The position numbers and the translations under genes are program-made. This document shows, in pieces, positions 31,587 to 41,827 of a stretch of DNA of 43,741 nucleotides. Position 1 is the first letter of the stretch, and each line of letters starts with the position of its first letter. Below the pieces are notes generated by a model, which was given only the letters and a program-made list of their open reading frames with translations, was not told where the DNA came from and ran no database searches. Origin of the DNA: Limnohabitans sp. (GTDB lineage: Bacteria > Pseudomonadota > Gammaproteobacteria > Burkholderiales > Burkholderiaceae_C); assembly GCA_051006815.1 (NCBI GenBank), contig JBPCSU010000170.1, forward strand, positions 1 to 43,741, written 5' to 3'.

Positions 31587-31663
31587 GGGGCGTTAGCTCA
31601 GTTGGTTAGAGCAGAGGACTCATAATCCTTTGGTCGACAGTTCAAGTCTGTCACGCCCTACCA
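31587..31663 (+). tRNA. tRNA with CAT anticodon, probably tRNA-Ile2 (lysidine-modified)
   Basis: GGGGCGTTAGCTCAGTTGGTTAGAGCAGAGGACTCATAATCCTT...ACGCCCTACCA. It lacks the initiator GGG/CCC anticodon stem; Ile2 versus elongator Met is inferred from the anticodon arm. Confidence 0.9.
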
Positions 31664-31692
31664 TTTCTGTGATATACTTTCGTTTTTCCAGA

Positions 31693-31769
31693 GCGGCTGT
31701 AGCTCAGCTGGATAGAGTACTTGGCTACGAACCAAGGGGTCGTGGGTTCGATTCCTGCCAGCCGCACCA
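31693..31769 (+). tRNA. tRNA-Arg(ACG)
   Basis: GCGGCTGTAGCTCAGCTGGATAGAGTACTTGGCTACGAACCAAG...CAGCCGCACCA. Confidence 0.96.
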
Positions 31770-31777
31770 AATTGAAC

Positions 31778-31810
31778 AAGGGTTTGCATCTTCGATGCAG
31801 ACCCTTTTTC
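31778..31810 (+). terminator. Terminator after the tRNA pair
   Basis: AAGGGTTTGCATC-TTC-GATGCAGACCCTT followed by a T-run. Confidence 0.85.
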
Positions 31811-31850
31811 TTTTCCCCTTTCTGTGTCTAAGAAACCTAAAATTGCACGC

Positions 31851-32297
31851 ATGAAAAAACGCATGACTTTCACTGTCTCCTCTGCCGCACTTGCTGTGTC
31901 GGTTTTGTTCTTGACTGGGTGCGCGACACCGATTGCTAAGCCTGCGTTCTATCCCAACGCGCACTACCAGCAGGTAGGCCCAGCACAAGCGCAGGTGGAT
32001 GCGCAGGCGTGTGCCAACTTGGCGCAACAGTCAGAGGTCACAGCTGTCAACAAAGTCGATGCAGGGCGTTCAGCTGCCGCAGGTGCAGCAGGGGTCGGCA
32101 CTGCTGGCGTGGTGGGCTCATTGCTCAGTGGCAACAAACCTGATTTGAAAAACATCGCTGCCGGTGCGGCTGCCATTGGCGCTGCCGGTGCAGCTGCCAC
32201 GGCCGCAGGTCAGTCGGTGGGCGGTAGCGCTTTGTATCGCCAATTTGTGCAGCAGTGTTTGGCTGAGCGTGGTTACCACGTGATTGGTTGGCACTGA
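31851..32297 (+). CDS. Glycine-zipper lipoprotein
   Basis: Lipobox LTGC, FYPNAH, Gly/Ala-rich zipper, C-terminal CL.ERGY.VIGW. Confidence 0.8.
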   Translation: MKKRMTFTVSSAALAVSVLFLTGCATPIAKPAFYPNAHYQQVGPAQAQVDAQACANLAQQSEVTAVNKVDAGRSAAAGAAGVGTAGVVGSLLSGNKPDLKNIAAGAAAIGAAGAAATAAGQSVGGSALYRQFVQQCLAERGYHVIGWH

Positions 32298-32310
32298 GTC
32301 GTCTCGCCGG

Positions 32311-32868
32311 ATGAGCAAAGCGTTCACGCGTGAAACGGAGGGGGATGACGACGACATCACCCTGCCGCCTTTGCCTGCGGGCAGCAAGAACTACATCAAG
32401 CCGCAAGGCTATGCAGTACTGCGTGACGAGTTGTTTGAGCTGATTGACAACGAACGTCCGCGCATTGTGGAGATCGTGCACTGGGCCGCCAGCAATGGCG
32501 ATCGCTCTGAAAACGGTGACTACCTGTACGGCAAAAAACGGCTGCGTGAAATTGTCCGACGCATTCGCTTCCTCACCAAACGTTTAGAGATCGCCGAAGT
32601 GACCGACCCGAGCGTGCACCACGGCAGCGACCAAGTGTTTTTCGGTGCCACAGTGACGTATGTGGATGAATCAGATGTCGAACGCACCGTCACCATCATG
32701 GGCATTGACGAAGCGGATAGTTTGAAAGCCCAAGTGACCTGGGTGTCACCCATCGCGCGCGCGCTGTTGAAAGCGCGAGCGGGAGATGCGGTGAAATTGG
32801 TCACCCCCTTGGGGGTGCAAGAGGTGGAAGTGCTAGAGGTGCGTTACCCAGCACCCGCTGCAGCTTGA
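32311..32868 (+). CDS. greB: Transcription elongation factor GreB
   Basis: MSKAFTRE, WAASNGDRSENGDY.YGKKRLRE, VFFGATV, SPIARAL. Confidence 0.95.
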   Translation: MSKAFTRETEGDDDDITLPPLPAGSKNYIKPQGYAVLRDELFELIDNERPRIVEIVHWAASNGDRSENGDYLYGKKRLREIVRRIRFLTKRLEIAEVTDPSVHHGSDQVFFGATVTYVDESDVERTVTIMGIDEADSLKAQVTWVSPIARALLKARAGDAVKLVTPLGVQEVEVLEVRYPAPAAA

Positions 32869-32871
32869 TCG

Positions 32872-35136
32872 TTAAGCTTCGCGCCCCACGCCAGAAATGA
32901 CGCGTTGCGCTTGCAGCACGGAAGGGATGCGACGCAGGTTGCGCAACACCCCGTCTAAATGCGCCACATCGCGCACGGAACACACGAAGCGCAAATCGGT
33001 GGCTTCTTGTCCACTGACTTCATCGGCCATGTTGACCATGGTGATGTCGGCTTCGGCCGAGGTGATGGCCGAGGCCACCCGTGCCAACACGCCTTTGCCG
33101 TTGCTCACGGTGACGACCAAGGCGACTTCAAATGTGCGCGTAGGTTCATCGGCCCATTCCACAGCAATGAAGCGTTCCCGGTCTTTGTGTTTGAGGCGTT
33201 GGCCCACACCGCATTGGTCGTGGTGAACGATCAGGCCCTCGCCGCGTCCCAAATAACCTACGATGGCGTCGCCCGGAATCGGGCGGCAGCACGCTGGGTA
33301 TTGCACCGAGGCGTTTTCGCTGCCGTCCACAATGACGCTGCCTTGCGACACAGTTTCGTGCGCGGTGAAGCGTTCGGTGCTCAACAGCACGGCATCGGGT
33401 TTGAGTCCTTTGTCCGATAGCAAGGTGGCCAAGCGTTTGGCGACGATGCTGGCCACGCGTTTGCCCAACCCAATGTCGGTCAACAACTCGGCTTTGGTTT
33501 TGCTGCCCGTGAAGTGCAGCAGTTTTTCCCACAACTGAGCGTGGGCTTCGTCTTGCGCGGGCAATTCTTCAATGCCTTCTGCGCGCAGGGCTTGCGCCAA
33601 GAGTTTTTTACCCAAGTCTCGTGACTCGGTGTGTGCCATGGTTTTCAGGTGGTGGCGAATTTTGGAGCGAGCCCGCCCCGTGCGCACAAAGCCCAACCAA
33701 GCGGGGTTGGGCGAAGCGACGGCAGAGGTGACCACTTCCACCACATCACCATTGCGCAGCTCGGTGCGCAGAGGTACTTGCTCGCCATTGACCTTGGCGG
33801 CCATGGTGCGGTCGCCCACATCGCTGTGAACCGCGTAGGCAAAGTCGACCACGGTAGCGCCGCGCGGCATCGCCATGATTTTGCTTTTGGGTGTGAAGAC
33901 ATACACCGCATCGGGGAACAAGTCGACCTTGACGTGGTCCCAAAACTCCGTGGCGTCACGGGTTTCGTCTTGAATGTCGAGCAACGATTGCAGCCATTTG
34001 CTGCCCAAGTTGTGGTTCGCTTCGTTGCTAGAGCCTTTGTCTTTGTACAACCAATGCGCAGCCACACCTGTTTCTGCCACCAAGTGCATGGCTTCGGTGC
34101 GCATTTGAAATTCCACGTTCAAACCAGATGGCCCCACCAGTGTGGTGTGCAGTGATTGGTAGCCGTTGAGTTTGGCGATGGCGATGTGGTCTTTGAATTT
34201 ACCGGGAACGGGTTTGTAGAGTTGGTGCAACACGCCCAACGCGGTGTAGCAGTCCACCACCTCGGGCAAGATCAGGCGGAAACCGTAAATGTCCGTCACT
34301 TGGGCAAAACTCAAGTGCTTGCCGTCCATCTTTTTGTAGATGGAATACAGCGTTTTTTCACGGCCTGAGATGCGGACTTTTAAGCCTGCTTTCTCAAACG
34401 CCGATTGAACTTCGTGTTCAACCTTTTGCATTAAATCGCGACGGCGATGACGTGCTTTTTGAATCGCTTTGCTGAGCACCTTGTGGCGCCAAGGCCAGAG
34501 ATGCTGAAACGCCAGTTCTTGCAACTCGCGGTAGGTCTGGTTCAAGCCCAAACGGTGCGCGATGGGCACGTAAATTTCTAGCGTTTCATTGGAAATGCGG
34601 CCCCACTTGGCACGTGGCATGTCACCCATGGTGCGCATGTTGTGGGTGCGGTCTGCCAGCTTGATGAGGATGACACGCACATCGCGCGCCATGGCCAGCA
34701 ACATTTTGCGGAACGACTCGGCTTGGTTTTCTTCACGCGTGTTGAATTCGAGTTTTTCAAGCTTGGTCAAACCATCGACCAGCTCTGCCACTTGAATGCC
34801 AAAGCGCTCCACCAAATCTGTTTTGGTGATGCCGCAGTCTTCCATCGCGTCGTGTAGCAAAGCGGCCGACAAGGCTTGCGCATCGAGCTTCCACTCCGCA
34901 CATTGCGCCGCCACGGCGATGGGGTGGGTGATGTAAGGCTCACCGCTGTTGCGCAGTTGGCCCAAATGGGCCTCGTCTGCGTAGCGGTAGGCCTTGCGAA
35001 CCAAGTCCAAACCTTCGGGGCTGAGGTACCCCAATTTCTCAGTCAACGCTGCAAAGCTTGCCGCTGCTGCATTGGCCGCAGCGGCGCTTCCGTTCAGGGG
35101 AGCGGTTGGCTTTGAAGGGGTTTGGGTGACGCTCAT
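32872..35136 (-). CDS. spoT: Bifunctional (p)ppGpp synthetase/hydrolase
   Basis: HD domain (SGEPYITHP, LLHDAMED), synthetase (GYQSLHT, AAHWLYK), TGS and ACT domains. Confidence 0.95.
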   Translation of the reverse strand: MSVTQTPSKPTAPLNGSAAAANAAAASFAALTEKLGYLSPEGLDLVRKAYRYADEAHLGQLRNSGEPYITHPIAVAAQCAEWKLDAQALSAALLHDAMEDCGITKTDLVERFGIQVAELVDGLTKLEKLEFNTREENQAESFRKMLLAMARDVRVILIKLADRTHNMRTMGDMPRAKWGRISNETLEIYVPIAHRLGLNQTYRELQELAFQHLWPWRHKVLSKAIQKARHRRRDLMQKVEHEVQSAFEKAGLKVRISGREKTLYSIYKKMDGKHLSFAQVTDIYGFRLILPEVVDCYTALGVLHQLYKPVPGKFKDHIAIAKLNGYQSLHTTLVGPSGLNVEFQMRTEAMHLVAETGVAAHWLYKDKGSSNEANHNLGSKWLQSLLDIQDETRDATEFWDHVKVDLFPDAVYVFTPKSKIMAMPRGATVVDFAYAVHSDVGDRTMAAKVNGEQVPLRTELRNGDVVEVVTSAVASPNPAWLGFVRTGRARSKIRHHLKTMAHTESRDLGKKLLAQALRAEGIEELPAQDEAHAQLWEKLLHFTGSKTKAELLTDIGLGKRVASIVAKRLATLLSDKGLKPDAVLLSTERFTAHETVSQGSVIVDGSENASVQYPACCRPIPGDAIVGYLGRGEGLIVHHDQCGVGQRLKHKDRERFIAVEWADEPTRTFEVALVVTVSNGKGVLARVASAITSAEADITMVNMADEVSGQEATDLRFVCSVRDVAHLDGVLRNLRRIPSVLQAQRVISGVGREA

Positions 35137-35157
35137 GACCAATACTTTACCCGCAAT

Positions 35158-35185
35158 AAAAAAGCACCGACGCTGCGGTGCTTTT
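35158..35185 (-). terminator. Terminator-like hairpin between rpoZ and spoT
   Basis: AAAAGCACCG-x6-CGGTGCTTTT, followed by T6 on the minus strand. Confidence 0.7.
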
Positions 35186-35203
35186 CGAAGTGGCGGAGGT
35201 AAT

Positions 35204-35407
35204 TTAGCCGGGTACTTTTTTGAGCATTTCGATGCCGATTTGACCTGCTGCGATTTCGCGCAAAGCGGTCACGCCTGGCTTGTTTTTGCTCTCGACCTTG
35301 GGGGTGTGACCTTGGCTGAGCATGCGGGCACGGTAAGTGGCGCACAAGACCAATTGAAAGCGGTTCGGGATTTGCTCGAGGCAATCTTCAACAGTGATGC
35401 GGGCCAT
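35204..35407 (-). CDS. rpoZ: RNA polymerase omega subunit
   Basis: [10 protein letters not shown]...NRFQLVL.A..RAR, ALREIA.G. Confidence 0.97.
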   Translation of the reverse strand: MARITVEDCLEQIPNRFQLVLCATYRARMLSQGHTPKVESKNKPGVTALREIAAGQIGIEMLKKVPG

Positions 35408-35423
35408 GTGGGTACTCCAGAAT

Positions 35424-36047
35424 TCAGGTGATGTTCAGGGCTTGAAAGATATCTGCCCGAGCCCGGCGCTGTGCCAGGTATTTGAGGCGTTGCGCATGCA
35501 CGATCGCTTTCAGGTCGAACAAGGCGGTCTCAAACAGTTCGTTGATTATAACGTAGTCAAATTCTTTGGCTTGCGCCATCTCGTCGGCCGCGTTTTTCAG
35601 ACGTAAATCAATGATTTCGGGGGCATCTTCGCCGCGGTTGTGCAGGCGGGACTTGAGCTCTTCCCAGCTGGGCGGCAGGATGAAGATCAGCACCGCATTG
35701 GTAAACAGTTTTTTGACCTGAATGGCACCTTGGAAATCGATTTCCAAGATCACGTCAGCCCCTTGCGCGATGCGATCTTCAATGGCTTTGCGCGAAGTGC
35801 CGTAGCGCTGGCCGTGCACATTGGCCCATTCCAAAAACGCGTTGGCCTCGACCATTTGGTCGAACTCGGGGGGCGAGACAAAGAAGTATTCGCGTCCGTG
35901 TTTTTCCTGGCCGCGTGGCTGGCGCGTGGTGTGTGACACAGAAGGTCGAACCTTGGCATCCAGCTCCATCAGTGCTTTGACGAGACTCGATTTGCCAGCC
36001 CCGCTGGGGGCCGCGACCACAATGAGGTTGCCTGGGAAGTTGTCCAT
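35424..36047 (-). CDS. gmk: Guanylate kinase
   Basis: [26 protein letters not shown]. Confidence 0.97.
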   Translation of the reverse strand: MDNFPGNLIVVAAPSGAGKSSLVKALMELDAKVRPSVSHTTRQPRGQEKHGREYFFVSPPEFDQMVEANAFLEWANVHGQRYGTSRKAIEDRIAQGADVILEIDFQGAIQVKKLFTNAVLIFILPPSWEELKSRLHNRGEDAPEIIDLRLKNAADEMAQAKEFDYVIINELFETALFDLKAIVHAQRLKYLAQRRARADIFQALNIT

Positions 36048-36958
36048 TATTCGATGTTCTGTACTTGTTCGCGGAGTTGTTCGATCAACACTTTCATGTC
36101 CACCGAAATACGGGTCATTTCCATCGTGGCCGACTTCGAACCCAAGGTATTGGCTTCACGGTGCAGCTCTTGAATCAGGAAGTCCAAGCGTTTGCCCACG
36201 CCTTCTGTCTTGCCGCCTTGGGCGAGCAAGGCATCCATCTCTTCGAAGTGGGACACCAAGCGTGTCAGCTCCTCGGCCACATCAATGCGAATGGCAAACG
36301 CCGTAGCCTCGGTCAAAGCACGGTCTTGTGCAGCTTCGGGCAGGGCGGTGCCTTCGGTCAACGCCATGGCGTCACGCCAGCGTTCCAGAAACTTCAGGCG
36401 TTGCTGTTCCACCAGTTGTGGCACCAACGGGGCGGCCTGTGAGGCCAGCACGCGCAGCTGCCCCAGGCGTTCGCGCAGCGTGTGGGCCAAACGAGCGCCT
36501 TCGCGTTCGCGGGCTTCGCGGAGTTGGGTCAGCGTGGTGCCTGCCAGTTGCAAAACCGCAGGGCCTAAATCGGTGGGGGTGGACGATTGGGCTGTGGTCA
36601 GGCGCAGCACATCGGCCACCGAGAGGCCATTGGCTTTGGGCAGGTGGGCGTGGACCGTGTCTTGCAACGCAGACAAGCGTTGCAGCAGGGCGGGTGTGGG
36701 CTCTACAAAGCTGGTGTCCGCGGTGCTTTCCAAATTCGCACGCACTTCAACTTTGCCGCGTTTGAGGTGCTGGGTGATCAGCTCGCGCATCGCCGCTTCG
36801 TGTGGGCGCAGCTCTTCGGGCATCTTGAACGTCAGGTCAAGGAAGCGGCTGTTGACCGAGCGAATTTCCAGTCCCAAGCGCAGGGCCGGGCTGTGGGCGG
36901 TGTCTGAATGCAGCTCGGTTTGCGCACTGGCATAACCGGTCATGCTGTAGATGGGCAT
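36047..36958 (-). CDS. yicC: YicC/YloC family endoribonuclease
   Basis: [45 protein letters not shown]. Confidence 0.93.
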   Translation of the reverse strand: MPIYSMTGYASAQTELHSDTAHSPALRLGLEIRSVNSRFLDLTFKMPEELRPHEAAMRELITQHLKRGKVEVRANLESTADTSFVEPTPALLQRLSALQDTVHAHLPKANGLSVADVLRLTTAQSSTPTDLGPAVLQLAGTTLTQLREAREREGARLAHTLRERLGQLRVLASQAAPLVPQLVEQQRLKFLERWRDAMALTEGTALPEAAQDRALTEATAFAIRIDVAEELTRLVSHFEEMDALLAQGGKTEGVGKRLDFLIQELHREANTLGSKSATMEMTRISVDMKVLIEQLREQVQNIE

Positions 36959-37072
36959 GGTGTGACGTTGGGGATCAAAGACAGGATTATCTCAGGCCCA
37001 GATTGCCCGACAATTGGCGCTTGAATGAACCCCATAAATGCTCCCCATAACTGACCTCGGAAAAATCCACAA

Positions 37073-37807
37073 ATGACCACCGCATTGCCTGACTCTCGCC
37101 ACACCCGCGCTGCTGACCAATTGCGCCCTGTGCGCATCACCCGCAACTACACCATGCATGCCGAAGGTTCGGTGCTGATTGAGTTTGGCCACACCAAGGT
37201 GCTGTGCACCGCATCGGTGGAAGAAAAAGTACCTGGTCACAAAAAAGGCTCAGGCGAAGGGTGGGTCACTGCCGAATACGGCATGCTGCCCCGTGCCACC
37301 CATACCCGCAGCGACCGTGAAGCCGCGCGCGGCAAGCAATCGGGCCGCACCCAAGAAATTCCGCGTCTCATTGGCCGCTCGATGCGCGCCGTGTTTGACT
37401 TGAAGAAGTTGGGTGAACGCACCATCCATTTGGACTGCGACGTGCTGCAAGCCGACGGTGGCACACGCACCGCCAGCATCACCGGGGCGTTTGTGGCGGC
37501 GCAAGACGCGGTGAACACACTGATGGCGGCAGACAAGCTGACCGAAAGCCCCATCACCCAAGGCGTAGCCGCCATCTCGGTGGGCATGTTGGGGGACTTG
37601 CCTTTGCTCGATTTGGAATACACCGAAGACTCGAGCTGCGACACCGACATGAATGTGGTCATGACCAGCGCTGGCCACTATGTGGAAGTGCAGGGAACGG
37701 CAGAAGGTTTGCCTTTCACGCGCGATCAAATGAACGCTTTGTTGGCATTGGCCGAGAAAGGTGTGCGCGAGCTCATCGCCATGCAGCAAGAGGCACTGAA
37801 GGCCTAA
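37073..37807 (+). CDS. rph: Ribonuclease PH
   Basis: [45 protein letters not shown]. Confidence 0.97.
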   Translation: MTTALPDSRHTRAADQLRPVRITRNYTMHAEGSVLIEFGHTKVLCTASVEEKVPGHKKGSGEGWVTAEYGMLPRATHTRSDREAARGKQSGRTQEIPRLIGRSMRAVFDLKKLGERTIHLDCDVLQADGGTRTASITGAFVAAQDAVNTLMAADKLTESPITQGVAAISVGMLGDLPLLDLEYTEDSSCDTDMNVVMTSAGHYVEVQGTAEGLPFTRDQMNALLALAEKGVRELIAMQQEALKA

Positions 37808-37811
37808 GCCC

Positions 37812-38429
37812 ATGACCGTGCAGGCTTTGAAAAAAATCGTTCTCGCCTCGAACAACCAAGGCAAGTTAGCTGAGTTGCAAGCCATGTTTGCCCCGCTGGG
37901 TGTTGAGTTGGTGCGGCAAGGTGATTTGCAGATTGGCGAGGCCGAAGAGCCTTTTCACACCTTTGTTGAAAACGCCTTAGCCAAAGCCCGTCATGCGTCG
38001 CGTGAAAGTGGGTTGCCGTCCGTGGCGGACGACGCGGGCTTGTGTGTGGATGCCTTTGGTGGCCTGCCCGGCGTGCAAACCGCCTACTACGCCACACAGT
38101 TTGGCTATGCCAAAAGTGATGACAACAACGTGCGCGCTTTGCTCGAGCAAATGGCCCAGGTGGACAACCGCCGCGCGGCCTTAGTCAGCACCTTGGTGGC
38201 GGTGCGCCATCCGGATGACCCCGAACCGTTGATTGCCGTGGGGCGTGCGGTGGGTGAAATTACCCGTGCCCCCGTGGGTAGCAATGGGTTCGGTTTTGAC
38301 CCTGTCATGTTCATCCCGCGCTTTGGCAAAACCTTTGCGGAATTGCCGGTTGACGTGAAGAACGCCAACAGCCATCGCGGCCAAGCCGCGCAACACATGT
38401 TGGCGCTGATGCGCGAGCGTTGGTTCTGA
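37812..38429 (+). CDS. rdgB: dITP/XTP pyrophosphatase (HAM1 family)
   Basis: LASNN.GK, TFVENA..KA, ADDAGL, GFGFDP, SHRG.A. Confidence 0.95.
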   Translation: MTVQALKKIVLASNNQGKLAELQAMFAPLGVELVRQGDLQIGEAEEPFHTFVENALAKARHASRESGLPSVADDAGLCVDAFGGLPGVQTAYYATQFGYAKSDDNNVRALLEQMAQVDNRRAALVSTLVAVRHPDDPEPLIAVGRAVGEITRAPVGSNGFGFDPVMFIPRFGKTFAELPVDVKNANSHRGQAAQHMLALMRERWF

Positions 38430-38442
38430 GTACGCCTTGTCG

Positions 38443-39657
38443 ATGACACAAGACATTCAACACCTTATGCGCCCCGGCACGCTGTCGCTCAGCAGCTTGC
38501 CGCCGCTCTCGCTCTATGTGCATTTGCCGTGGTGCTTGAAGAAGTGCCCGTACTGCGATTTCAATTCGCATGAGTTGCAAAGTAGCGTCGCCGGTGAGTT
38601 GCCTGAACAACGCTATCTCGATGCTTTGTGTGCGGACCTTGAGCACAGCTTGCCGCTCATTTGGGGGCGTAGCGTGCACAGCATCTTCATTGGGGGGGGC
38701 ACGCCGAGCTTGTTTTCGCCTGCGGCCATTGAGCGCCTGATCAGCGACATGCGCGCGCGCTTGCGTCTGGAGGCCGATTGCGAAATCACACTAGAGGCCA
38801 ACCCAGGCACGTTTGAGAAAGACCGCTTTCGCGCCTTCCGCGCCGCTGGGGTGACCCGCCTGTCGGTAGGCGTGCAAAGCTTCAACGATGCGCATTTGCA
38901 AGCCTTGGGGCGCGTGCACAACCGAGCCCAAGCCATTGCGGCTGTTGAAGAAGCACGTGAGGCGTTTGACACCTTCAATCTTGATTTGATGTATGCCTTG
39001 CCTGGTCAAACACTGGCCCAGCTGGATGAAGACTTGGACATGGCGCTGTCTTTGGCCCCGCCACATTTGTCGGTTTACCACCTCACCATCGAACCCAACA
39101 CCGTGTTCGCCAAATTCCCACCTCAAGTGCCGGAAGATGACGATGCCTACGTCATGCTCGACCGCATCACCGAGCGCACGGCCGCTGTTGGCCTGCATCG
39201 CTACGAGGTGTCGGCCTACGCCCAAGACAACTATCGGTGTTGGCACAACCTCAACTACTGGCAGTTTGGCGACTACCTCGGCATTGGCGCTGGCGCTCAC
39301 AGCAAGCTCAGTTTTGCCCACCGCGTGTTGCGCCAGGTGCGCAACCGCGATCCCCGTCTCTTCATGGATCATGCGTTAGACACTAGCCGTGCAGACAGGG
39401 CGGTGGCGCAAAGCACCGAGGTGGCGCGGGCCGAGCTGCCGTTTGAGTTCATGCTCAACGCGCTGCGTTTGCGCCATGGCTTTTCGTTGGCTGATTTCAC
39501 CGACCGCACGGGTTTGCCTGTGACGGCCATACAAGCCGCGTTGACCGAGGCAGAGGCTAAAGGCCTCATCACGTGGGACTTTCAGCGGGTGGTTCCCACC
39601 GAACGCGGCTTTGATTTTTTGAGCGATTTGCAATCTTTGTTTTTGTCTGAGGCCTGA
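38443..39657 (+). CDS. hemW: Radical SAM heme chaperone HemW
   Basis: LYVHLPWCLKKCPYCDFNS, GGGTPS, EANP, HNLNYW. Confidence 0.93.
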   Translation: MTQDIQHLMRPGTLSLSSLPPLSLYVHLPWCLKKCPYCDFNSHELQSSVAGELPEQRYLDALCADLEHSLPLIWGRSVHSIFIGGGTPSLFSPAAIERLISDMRARLRLEADCEITLEANPGTFEKDRFRAFRAAGVTRLSVGVQSFNDAHLQALGRVHNRAQAIAAVEEAREAFDTFNLDLMYALPGQTLAQLDEDLDMALSLAPPHLSVYHLTIEPNTVFAKFPPQVPEDDDAYVMLDRITERTAAVGLHRYEVSAYAQDNYRCWHNLNYWQFGDYLGIGAGAHSKLSFAHRVLRQVRNRDPRLFMDHALDTSRADRAVAQSTEVARAELPFEFMLNALRLRHGFSLADFTDRTGLPVTAIQAALTEAEAKGLITWDFQRVVPTERGFDFLSDLQSLFLSEA

Positions 39658-39708
39658 ACACGAAAAGCAGGCCAAAGTGCCATTACAATCTTTCCTGAAT
39701 TTCAACTA

Positions 39709-39798
39709 GGAAGCTTGGCAGAGCGGTTGAATGCACCGGTCTTGAAAACCGGCGAGGGTGTGAGCCCTCCGTGAGTTCGAATCTCACAGCTTCCGCCA
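39709..39798 (+). tRNA. tRNA-Ser(TGA)
   Basis: GGAAGCTTGGCAGAGCGGTTGAATGCACCGGTCTTGAAAACCGG, long variable arm, ...AGCTTCCGCCA. Confidence 0.96.
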
Positions 39799-39808
39799 AA
39801 TACCCAGT

Positions 39809-39835
39809 AAAAACGCCCCTTTCGGGGCGTTTTTT
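39809..39835. terminator. Bidirectional terminator after tRNA-Ser
   Basis: AAAAACGCCCC-TTTC-GGGGCGTTTTTT. Confidence 0.88.
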
Positions 39836-39894
39836 ATTCCGACTATCAAATCAGCTATCAATTGAAATTTGGCTTTAGACCACTATTTCTAGAT

Positions 39895-41520
39895 TTAGGA
39901 CTGCATAAGAAGAGTCGCACTCTTTTCGCTCATGACGATATCAACCCGAACCTGACCACGGGTTAGGCCAACGAAAAGCTTGCGCTTGTCTTTTTCCGTT
40001 AGCTCCTCGAAGTCGATTTCGCAAAGAACCACTACTGGCATGCTTTGCCCCTTGTATCTGTAAACGCTTTCCACCAGCAGTTCACCATCTGTCCAAAGCG
40101 CATTGCCAACTTCATCGTACTTGCTGAACCGTTTTGTTTGATATCCGCCAAGTTGCTCAAGGCCTAAAACCCCTGATGTCTTGGCTCCGTGATAGCTGAT
40201 AACAGCCACCTGCTCAGGTTTGTATCCGTCTTGCCAGATATTCTTGAGGCATTCTTCAAGTGCTGTCAGGCTATTTACCTTTCCAGGCGCCCATGTGTAA
40301 ATGTGGGGCGTTTCTCCTGTATGAACGCTGCGGGCCACCACGGGTTCTTCGCTCAGTCCTAGGGCGTTGATCATCTGCACTACCTTGGTCGGGCTTCGGA
40401 AGTTATCCATGCAACTAATGTGCACAGCATCCGCCAGGTCAAACATCTCGCGCTCGTAAAGCTGCTGGCCTGTATCGCCCATCACATACAGGCGTCCCGT
40501 GTCCTTCAGTCGCTCCAATACTGCTTGTGCCCAAGTTGGTTCAAAGTCTTGAGACTCATCAATGATCAATAGGTCCAGGTTCTTGTTGAATGACTCTGAG
40601 ACTTCCAAATAGTCAGACACCATCTTGTTAAATACGCTGGGGTCTGCAAAGTCCAGCTTTTCACCTTGTCGATCTGCCAAGTCGCGGCACAGCTGGTGAA
40701 ACGTTGTCACCTCTACAGCTGCAGGGGCTAGTTGTGTCAGATGGTCTGCTAGCGGGCGGTTGTAGCAAACATAGCAGCAGCGCTGCTTGGCCTTTACGGC
40801 GTCTTGCAGCAGTTTTAACGCAAGCTGGGTTTTACCTGAGCCTGCCGTAGCTTGAATTACAAACAAATTCCCCGTATGAGAAATCTTAGGCACCCATGTT
40901 GCAAGGCCACTGGCCAATGTGGTGCTGATCTGTTGCACTTGCTTGATACTGGAAGCTACGTCCGTCATCACCTGAAAGCGGTTGGCAAAGAAATCAATTA
41001 CACGGGAGCGCGCATCGCCTGTGGGCGCGTTACTAGGGAAGGCTCTCATTACCCGCTGGCATAAAGTATCTAGTTCGGAGGCGTCCACAATCCGCTCTCG
41101 TGGATATGCCAGCACTGCACTATGCACAGTATGGTCTGGCAATGCCAAAAGCGTGTCAATGCTGACGTTGGGTAGGTCGCCATCCCTCATGCGTTGCATC
41201 AATGTGCTGTGCTGTCGGCGCACCTGATGGCCAATGTCTTTGTCACTACCAATGCCGCCATAGGTCTTGGTCAGTGCGCTTGCGCCTTCGTTGATGGAGC
41301 CTGCTTTCACCTCAACCAACATGATGTGGCCGAGCGGTGAAATGACCACCAGGTCTATCTCACCAAAGTGTTGGCTACCTTGGTGGATAGACGACCAGGG
41401 AAGGTTGTGAAAAACGTCAAAGGAGTCAGGAAGACCCGCGGCCAATATGCGCAAAACGTCACGTTCACGGTAGTCGCCAGAGTTAGGGATCGCGCCAGGG
41501 TACTTAAAGATGATGACCAA
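39895..41520 (-). CDS. NERD-domain nuclease fused to an SF1 (UvrD-like) helicase; 5' start uncertain
   Basis: PD-(D/E)xK-type GEIDLVVISP.G.IMLVEVK, Walker A ATAGSGKT, Walker B IIDESQD, NFRS, YRYKG, LFVGLTRG. Nearest possible start is TTG 41520 with no SD. Confidence 0.8.
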   Translation of the reverse strand: MVIIFKYPGAIPNSGDYRERDVLRILAAGLPDSFDVFHNLPWSSIHQGSQHFGEIDLVVISPLGHIMLVEVKAGSINEGASALTKTYGGIGSDKDIGHQVRRQHSTLMQRMRDGDLPNVSIDTLLALPDHTVHSAVLAYPRERIVDASELDTLCQRVMRAFPSNAPTGDARSRVIDFFANRFQVMTDVASSIKQVQQISTTLASGLATWVPKISHTGNLFVIQATAGSGKTQLALKLLQDAVKAKQRCCYVCYNRPLADHLTQLAPAAVEVTTFHQLCRDLADRQGEKLDFADPSVFNKMVSDYLEVSESFNKNLDLLIIDESQDFEPTWAQAVLERLKDTGRLYVMGDTGQQLYEREMFDLADAVHISCMDNFRSPTKVVQMINALGLSEEPVVARSVHTGETPHIYTWAPGKVNSLTALEECLKNIWQDGYKPEQVAVISYHGAKTSGVLGLEQLGGYQTKRFSKYDEVGNALWTDGELLVESVYRYKGQSMPVVVLCEIDFEELTEKDKRKLFVGLTRGQVRVDIVMSEKSATLLMQS

Positions 41521-41824
41521 AGCGCAAGCGCCGAAGAACCGTCGATTCCAAGCGTATTGCTTTTCAAGTAAGCATGTGGAGGATGTTGAGCTTGAGTTCC
41601 CAGCTGAGGTGCAGATCACGCGGATACCCAAAGATGTGTCATTCGACAACGGGCTTATCCGATATTCAGCTCGGTATGAACTTCTGAATAAAACTTTAAA
41701 GGTTCAGCGAACCTATCAGGCTAAGAGTAATAGTCCAATTTGCGGCGCTCATGAGGACATGCTTTGGCAGCAGTTTCATGATGTGTTGACGCGAGACATG
41801 CGTTCCCAAGTGTTTTTTGATTGA
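41474..41824 (+). pseudogene. C-terminal remnant, probably of a DUF3857/transglutaminase-like protein
   Basis: LEFP...ITRIPKDV......RYSARY......LKVQR......ICG.......DMRSQVFFD resembles the C-terminal domain of that family (recognised from memory). In-frame stop at 41471; no N-terminal domains. Confidence 0.5.
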
Positions 41825-41827
41825 GAT

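Noticed and set aside
31630-31873. ORFs spanning the tRNA genes (also 20901-21237)
   Set aside because: They overlap clear tRNA cloverleafs.
32060-32230. Repetitive GCA/GCT/GGT-rich tract
   Set aside because: Explained by the Gly/Ala zipper coding sequence.
41521-41649. N-terminal extension of the 584-aa NERD ORF
   Set aside because: It reads as the antisense of the plus-strand remnant, is Ser-rich and has no SD; unlikely to be the real N-terminus.
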